In this document: positions 59,105-64,000 of the stretch, piece by piece
Numbering within the stretch: the stretch's first letter is position 1
Layout of the letters: every line of letters starts with the position of its first letter
Notes under the pieces: model-generated
The model's input: the letters and a program-made list of their open reading frames with translations, nothing else
Told to the model about the DNA's origin: nothing
Databases searched by the model: none
Assembly (NCBI GenBank): GCA_031382385.1
Contig: JANMYS010000078.1
Location: forward strand, 71,415-135,414
Source: Gemmatimonadota bacterium
Lineage (GTDB): Bacteria > Gemmatimonadota > Gemmatimonadetes > Gemmatimonadales > GWC2-71-9
Length of the DNA stretch: 64,000 bases
Direction: 5' to 3'
Translations under genes and position numbers: made by a program

Positions 59105-60145
59105 ATGATCGACCCGATCGACCTCACCCGCGCGCTGGTCGCGCTCGAGACCCCGACTGGCCAGGAAGGCCCGGCGGTGGACCTGCTGGCAGGCCTCCTC
59201 GGGCGGCTGGGCTATCAGGTCACCCGCCAGCCGGTGAGTCCGGGGCGGGACAACCTGTATGCCTGGCGCGAGCCGCCGGTCGTGGTCCTGTCCACCCACC
59301 TCGACTGCGTGCCGCCCTACCTGCCGCTGCACGAAGACGAGACCGACATCCATGGCCGGGGCAGCTGTGACGCGAAGGGTCTGGCCGCCGCGATGGTCGC
59401 AGCGGCGGAACAGCTCGCCGACTCGGGCGAGCGGCGGGTAGGGCTGCTGTTCGTCGTGGGCGAGGAGAATGGATCCGATGGGGCCGCCGCCGCCACATTG
59501 CTGAACCCCAAGGGCCGCTTCCTGATCAACGGCGAGCCCACCGAGAACAAGCTCAGCCTGGGACAGAAGGGCACCCTGAAGGTGGTGATCGAGGCCACAG
59601 GGCGCGCCGCCCATTCGGCCTATGCCGAGGAGGGGCACTCCGCCATCACACCTCTGCTCGATGCGCTCGAGCGGATTCGCCGCATCCCGCTGCCGACCGA
59701 CCCGCTGCTCGGAGCGGGGACGCTGAATATCGGGATCGTGCAGGGGGGGGTCGCGCCGAACGTCTTTGCCCCGTCGGCCCGCGCCGAGCTGCTGTTCCGC
59801 ACCGTCGAGCCCACCGGGGCGCTGCGTGCCGCGGTCACCGCCGCGGCCGGCACGGCGGTGACGGTATCCTTTCCGACCGAGCTGCCCTGCTACAAGAACT
59901 CGTCGCCTCCGCCGGCGGGATGGGCCACGACAGTGGTCAGCTATGCCAGTGACCTGTCAATTCTCACCGGCTGGGGCGAAGGCTATCAGCTTGGACCAGG
60001 CACCATCCGCGTCGCCCATACCAGCCGGGAACGGATCGCAAAGGCGGAGCTGCTCGAAGGGGTGCGACTCTACGTCCAGCTGGCGCGGGACCTGATTGGG
60101 CGGGAGCAGGCGATAGGCGATAGGCGAAGGCAGCACCTGAAATGA
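59105..60145 (+). CDS. M20-family metallopeptidase (ArgE/DapE family; DapE candidate by context)
   Basis: ATG 59105 gives MIDPIDLTRALVALETPTGQEG. HLDCVP, GRGSCDAKG, GEENGSDG. Precedes asd-dapB-dapA-dapD. Confidence 0.85.
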   Translation: MIDPIDLTRALVALETPTGQEGPAVDLLAGLLGRLGYQVTRQPVSPGRDNLYAWREPPVVVLSTHLDCVPPYLPLHEDETDIHGRGSCDAKGLAAAMVAAAEQLADSGERRVGLLFVVGEENGSDGAAAATLLNPKGRFLINGEPTENKLSLGQKGTLKVVIEATGRAAHSAYAEEGHSAITPLLDALERIRRIPLPTDPLLGAGTLNIGIVQGGVAPNVFAPSARAELLFRTVEPTGALRAAVTAAAGTAVTVSFPTELPCYKNSSPPPAGWATTVVSYASDLSILTGWGEGYQLGPGTIRVAHTSRERIAKAELLEGVRLYVQLARDLIGREQAIGDRRRQHLK

Positions 60146-60191
60146 GCCAGCTGAACGCTGACGGCTGACGGCCAACGGCTAACGGCCACTA
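60108..60191. repeat. Phased heptamer tract (AGGCGAT x3 ... GCTGACG/GCCAACG units) spanning the M20 stop and the asd upstream spacer
   Basis: aggcgat aggcgat aggcgaa ggcagca cctgaaa tgagcca gctgaac gctgacg gctgacg gccaacg gctaacg gccacta. Confidence 0.9.
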
Positions 60192-60217
60192 CAAACACTG
60201 TACCACGAGACAGCATC

Positions 60218-61273
60218 ATGGCCCCCAAGATCCCCGTCAGCATCCTCGGCGCCACCGGCACTGTCGGACAGAAGTTCGTCCGGCTGCTGGCCGACCATCC
60301 CTGGTTCGAGATCGCCGCCGTCGCGGCCTCCGAGCAGAGCGCGGGCCAGCGCTATGGCGACCTGGTGCGGTGGCGCGAGACTGTGCCGATCCCGCCGCGG
60401 GTGGCCGCCATGACGCTCGGGCGCTGTGCGCCGCCGCTGCCGGGGCGCATCGCCTTTTCAGCAGTCGAGGCGGAGATCGCCGGCGATGTGGAACAGGCCT
60501 TCGCGCGCGCCGGCGTCTTCGTGGTAACCAATACCAAGAACCACCGGATGGTGCCAGACGTCCCGCTGCTCATCCCCGAAGTGAATGCAGACCACCTCGA
60601 TCTGCTGGTGCGGCAGCAGCGCGAGCGCGGCTGGACCGGCGGCATCGTCGCCAACCCCAACTGCTCCACCGCCGGGCTGGTGCTCGGCACCCTGCCACTG
60701 CACCGCGCGTTCGGCATCGAGAAGATCTTCGTCGCGACTATGCAGGCGGTGAGCGGCGCCGGCTACCCCGGGGTCGCCTCGCTCGACGCACTCGGCAATG
60801 TGATCCCGCATATCGGCGGCGAGGAAGAGAAGATGGAGCAGGAGACGCGGAAGCTCTTCGGCACGATCCGGCAGGAAGCGATCGTCGAAGCGCCGATCAC
60901 CACCAGCGCGCACACCAATCGGGTCCCCGTCGTCGACGGCCACCTGGAAGTCGTCTCACTCGGCTTCAGTCGACGGGTGACGCCGGAGCAGGCCATCACG
61001 GCGCTGAACGACTTCCGCGCGCCCGCCGGTATCGCCGATCTGCCCTCGACCCCGGCCCGCCCGGTGGAGTACGACGTGCGAGCGGACCGGCCGCAGAGCC
61101 GGCTCGACATCGATCGCGGCGCGGGGATGACCGTGACCGTGGGACGGGTGAGGCCCTGCACCCTGCTCGACCTCCGCCTCGTACTACTCTGTCATAACAC
61201 GATCCGGGGCGCCGCCGGCGCGGCGTTGCAGAATGCCGAGTTGCTGGTGCAACGGGGTTATGTGCCGCGATGA
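60218..61273 (+). CDS. asd: Aspartate-semialdehyde dehydrogenase
   Basis: ILGATGTVGQ, NPNCST active-site Cys, LCHNTIRGAAG. Confidence 0.95.
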   Translation: MAPKIPVSILGATGTVGQKFVRLLADHPWFEIAAVAASEQSAGQRYGDLVRWRETVPIPPRVAAMTLGRCAPPLPGRIAFSAVEAEIAGDVEQAFARAGVFVVTNTKNHRMVPDVPLLIPEVNADHLDLLVRQQRERGWTGGIVANPNCSTAGLVLGTLPLHRAFGIEKIFVATMQAVSGAGYPGVASLDALGNVIPHIGGEEEKMEQETRKLFGTIRQEAIVEAPITTSAHTNRVPVVDGHLEVVSLGFSRRVTPEQAITALNDFRAPAGIADLPSTPARPVEYDVRADRPQSRLDIDRGAGMTVTVGRVRPCTLLDLRLVLLCHNTIRGAAGAALQNAELLVQRGYVPR

Positions 61274-61968
61274 AGCTTGCCCTCATCGGTTACGGCAGGA
61301 TGGGCCAGGCCATCGCCCGCCTCGCGGCCGAGCGGGGCCACATCGTCGTGGCGACGGTAAACGGCCAGGACCAGCGTGAGGGCCGGACGCTCACCATGGA
61401 CCGCCTCGCCGGTGCCGATGTGGTGCTCGAGTTCACCCGGCCGGAGGCCGCCGTCGGCAACCTCCTGGCGCTCGCACGGTTGGGTGCACGTGTGGTGACG
61501 GGGACGACCGGCTGGAGCGATGCGCTGCCCGCGGTTTGCCACGCCTTCGAGGCCAGTGACGGCGCACTATTGCACAGCGCCAACTTCTCGCCCGGCGTTC
61601 AGCTCTTCCTGCGCGTGGCGGAAGACCTGGCCCGCCGGTTCGCGGGACGGCCGGAGTTCGCGGCCTATGTCACCGACTTCCACCACGCCGCCAAGCGGGA
61701 TGCCCCCTCTGGCACCGCGCTCCTGCTGCGGGAGCGGCTGCGCCAGGGCGACGCCGCACGCGAGTTTCCCATTAGCAGCACCCGGGCGGGATTCGCTGCC
61801 GGCACGCATGAGGTGGTGTACGACACCGCGTTCGAGACCATTCGCCTGACACACGAGGTGCGCAGCCGCGACGTCTTCGCGGCGGGGGCCCTGAACGCCG
61901 CCGAGTGGCTGCAGGGACGCACCGGCGTCTTTACACTGGACCAGATGCTGTTCGGGGAGGACGCATGA
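61270..61968 (+). CDS. dapB: 4-hydroxy-tetrahydrodipicolinate reductase (short form)
   Basis: ATGA overlap with asd. MKLALIGYGRMGQ, FHHAAKRDAPSGTA. Confidence 0.92.
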   Translation: MKLALIGYGRMGQAIARLAAERGHIVVATVNGQDQREGRTLTMDRLAGADVVLEFTRPEAAVGNLLALARLGARVVTGTTGWSDALPAVCHAFEASDGALLHSANFSPGVQLFLRVAEDLARRFAGRPEFAAYVTDFHHAAKRDAPSGTALLLRERLRQGDAAREFPISSTRAGFAAGTHEVVYDTAFETIRLTHEVRSRDVFAAGALNAAEWLQGRTGVFTLDQMLFGEDA

Positions 61969-62870
61969 CGATTCTCGGAGGGTGCGGCACGGCGCTTGTC
62001 ACCCCGTTCACGCCGGCGGGCGAGCTCGATCTGCCTGCGCTGCAGCGGCTGGTCGAGTGGCAAATCGAGGAGGGCATCGACTTCCTCGTGCCCTGCGGCA
62101 GTACCGGTGAGGCGGCAACCCTGAGCACAGAGGAACGCGAGCGCGTCGTCAGCACCGTCGTCGCCACCGCCCGCGGGCGCGTCCCGGTCATGGCCGGTGC
62201 AACCCACAACGACACCCGCCTCGCCGTCGAGGAAGCCCGCCGCGTCAGCGGACTCGGCGTCACCTGGCTGCTCAGCGCGACACCCTACTACAACCGGCCG
62301 ACGCCGGAGGGTCTGGTCCGCCACTTCACCGCCATCGCCGACGCCGCGACGGTGCCGGTCTGTCTTTACAATGTGCCGGGCCGCACCGGCTGCAACCTGC
62401 GGCCCGAGACGGTGCTGAAACTGTCGGCGCATCCCAACATCATCGGCATCAAGGAATCGTCCGGCGATCTGGCGCAGGTGCAGCACCTGCTGCTCGGGCG
62501 TCCCGAAGGATTTGCCGTCCTCTCCGGCGAGGACTGGATGACGCTGGCCATCATCGCGGCGGGTGGCGGCGGACTGATCTCGGTCGCCTCGAACGAGATT
62601 CCCAAGCTGATGAGCACGCTGGTGCGGCACTGCCTGCGCGGGCGGATCGCGGAGGCGCGCGACATCCTCTACCTCGTCCTGCCGCTGCTGGAGGCCAACT
62701 TCCTCGAGACCAACCCGGGGCCGGTCAAGGCGGCGCTGGCCGCGATGGGCCGGATCGAGAATGTCCTGCGGTTGCCGCTCGTCCCGCTCTCGGAGAGCCG
62801 CCGGGCGCCACTGCTGGCTGCATTGCGTGAGGCCGGCGTCGATGTCACCACCGCGGCGGGCAGCCGATGA
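61965..62870 (+). CDS. dapA: 4-hydroxy-tetrahydrodipicolinate synthase
   Basis: ATGA overlap, GGGGAGG Shine-Dalgarno sequence. TPF, CGSTGEAATLS, GIKESSG (Schiff-base Lys). Confidence 0.95.
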   Translation: MTILGGCGTALVTPFTPAGELDLPALQRLVEWQIEEGIDFLVPCGSTGEAATLSTEERERVVSTVVATARGRVPVMAGATHNDTRLAVEEARRVSGLGVTWLLSATPYYNRPTPEGLVRHFTAIADAATVPVCLYNVPGRTGCNLRPETVLKLSAHPNIIGIKESSGDLAQVQHLLLGRPEGFAVLSGEDWMTLAIIAAGGGGLISVASNEIPKLMSTLVRHCLRGRIAEARDILYLVLPLLEANFLETNPGPVKAALAAMGRIENVLRLPLVPLSESRRAPLLAALREAGVDVTTAAGSR

Positions 62871-63706
62871 GCGACGCACTGGAAGCTGCCATCCTGCGGT
62901 TCGCGGCCGCGGTGCCGGTCGGTGAGGAAGCCGAGGCGCTCGTGGCCTTTCAGCGACTCAGGGATGGACTCAACGCCGGAACCATTCGCTCGGCGGAGCG
63001 CGACGCTCACGGCGCCTGGCATGCCAATGCCTGGGTGAAAGCCGGCATCCTGCTCGGCTTCCGGCTGGGACGCATCCGACCGATGGCTGAAGGCGGGCCG
63101 TTCCCGTTCTACGACAAGGACACCTGGCCACTGCGGTCGGTCGGCCTGGCCGATGGAATCCGCATCGTGCCAGGTGGCACCAGTATCCGCGACGGCTGCT
63201 ACATCGCCCCCGGCACGGTGATCCTGCCACCTGCCTTCGTGAACGCCGGGGCGTACATCGACAGCGGCACGATGGTGGACAGCCATGCGCTGGTCGGCTC
63301 GTGCGCACAGATCGGCAAGCGGGTGCATCTCTCGGCGGGGGTGCAGATCGGCGGCGTGCTCGAGCCGGTCGGCGCCCTGCCGGTGATTATCGAGGATGAC
63401 GTCCTGGTGGGCGGCAACGGGGGCGTCTACGAAGGGACAATCGTGCGGGAGCGCGCGGTGCTCGCCCCCGGTACCATCCTCAGCGGCGGGACGATCGTCT
63501 TCGACCTGGTGCGCAACACCTCCTATCGCCGGGAGGGCGACCGGCCACTCGAGATTCCTGCCGGTGCCGTCGTGGTACCGGGCAGTCGGCCCATCAGTTC
63601 GGGACCGGGCCAGGCGCTCGGCCTCTCGCTCTACGCGCCGGTGATCGTCAAGTACCGCGACGACAAGACCGACACCTCGGTGCGGCTGGAGGATCTGCTG
63701 CGCTGA
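62867..63706 (+). CDS. dapD: Tetrahydrodipicolinate N-succinyltransferase
   Basis: ATGA overlap. Hexapeptide-repeat core, C-terminal VIVKYRDDKTDTSVRLEDLLR. Confidence 0.92.
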   Translation: MSDALEAAILRFAAAVPVGEEAEALVAFQRLRDGLNAGTIRSAERDAHGAWHANAWVKAGILLGFRLGRIRPMAEGGPFPFYDKDTWPLRSVGLADGIRIVPGGTSIRDGCYIAPGTVILPPAFVNAGAYIDSGTMVDSHALVGSCAQIGKRVHLSAGVQIGGVLEPVGALPVIIEDDVLVGGNGGVYEGTIVRERAVLAPGTILSGGTIVFDLVRNTSYRREGDRPLEIPAGAVVVPGSRPISSGPGQALGLSLYAPVIVKYRDDKTDTSVRLEDLLR

Positions 63707-64000
63707 GAGCCTGAGCGCTTGCGGCGATTGAGCCCGCAGATCCTGCCCCCGACACACCTCCCTTCCTCCGGTTCCCCAGGCAGCACGCGAGCGCCACCGC
63801 CCGCGGTGGCAACTGCGTCACCTTCGGTGAGATACGCAGCAGCGCGGCATCGACCTCGCCCTCGCTCCGCCCAACGACCTCCTGTCACAAGATTCACAAT
63901 CACCTGTTCCATCGCCAGGAGTCGGCGGGGGAGGGGAGAGACATTGCCCGGCCCGGGTTCCGTCGATGACCTCGCAACCGTTGCTGGCCCAGTCTCTCAT

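Noticed and set aside
63818-64000. 60-aa minus-strand ORF at the window edge, and a possible plus-strand start ATG at 63966
   Set aside because: The minus-strand ORF loses third-position GC bias in its second half. The plus-strand candidate has only 11 codons in the window and no convincing ribosome-binding site. There is too little sequence to call either.

Overview
GC-rich (by eye, not computed), densely coding chromosomal core region. I call about 58 protein genes and see no rRNA, tRNA, transposase, integrase, phage or CRISPR content. The gene content is housekeeping plus signalling.

Main gene blocks:
- glmS-glmM, purD, guaB, gpmI, queD, mobA-mobB-moeA.
- A lysine/DAP operon: M20 peptidase-asd-dapB-dapA-dapD.
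- A quinone late-step operon: ubiE/menG-ubiD-ubiA-ubiX.
- Fe-S carriers (Mrp, Nfu), three APC permeases, two M48 proteases, fpg plus a Cho-like GIY-YIG nuclease.
- Signalling genes: an FHA-GAF cyclase, two tandem REC-HD-GYP regulators, two ECF sigma factors, two Ser/Thr kinases and a sigma-54 activator.

No classical defence or mobile island is visible. The most unusual signal is non-coding. Nearly every intergenic spacer is built from tandem 7-nt repeats of several sequence families (CAGCCGT, GGGGAAC, GGCGGTA, CTGCCAC, GGCCAAC and others). These are often arranged as inverted arrays that form long hairpins straddling stop/start codons, and they leak into protein termini.

Other second-look items:
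- A 27-nt palindromic element present both as the fpg terminator hairpin and in frame inside glmM.
- A terminator-containing leader upstream of the DAP operon.
- A sigma-54-type promoter plus a shared four-half-site palindrome linking an ECF sigma gene, a convergent Ser/Thr kinase and a neighbouring sigma-54 activator.
- An anti-sigma factor with a duplicated zinc-finger domain.

The taxon is not determinable here. The content is compatible with a soil Gemmatimonadota/Acidobacteriota-like organism (inference only). All functional calls rest on motifs read in the translated ORFs; no database search was run.
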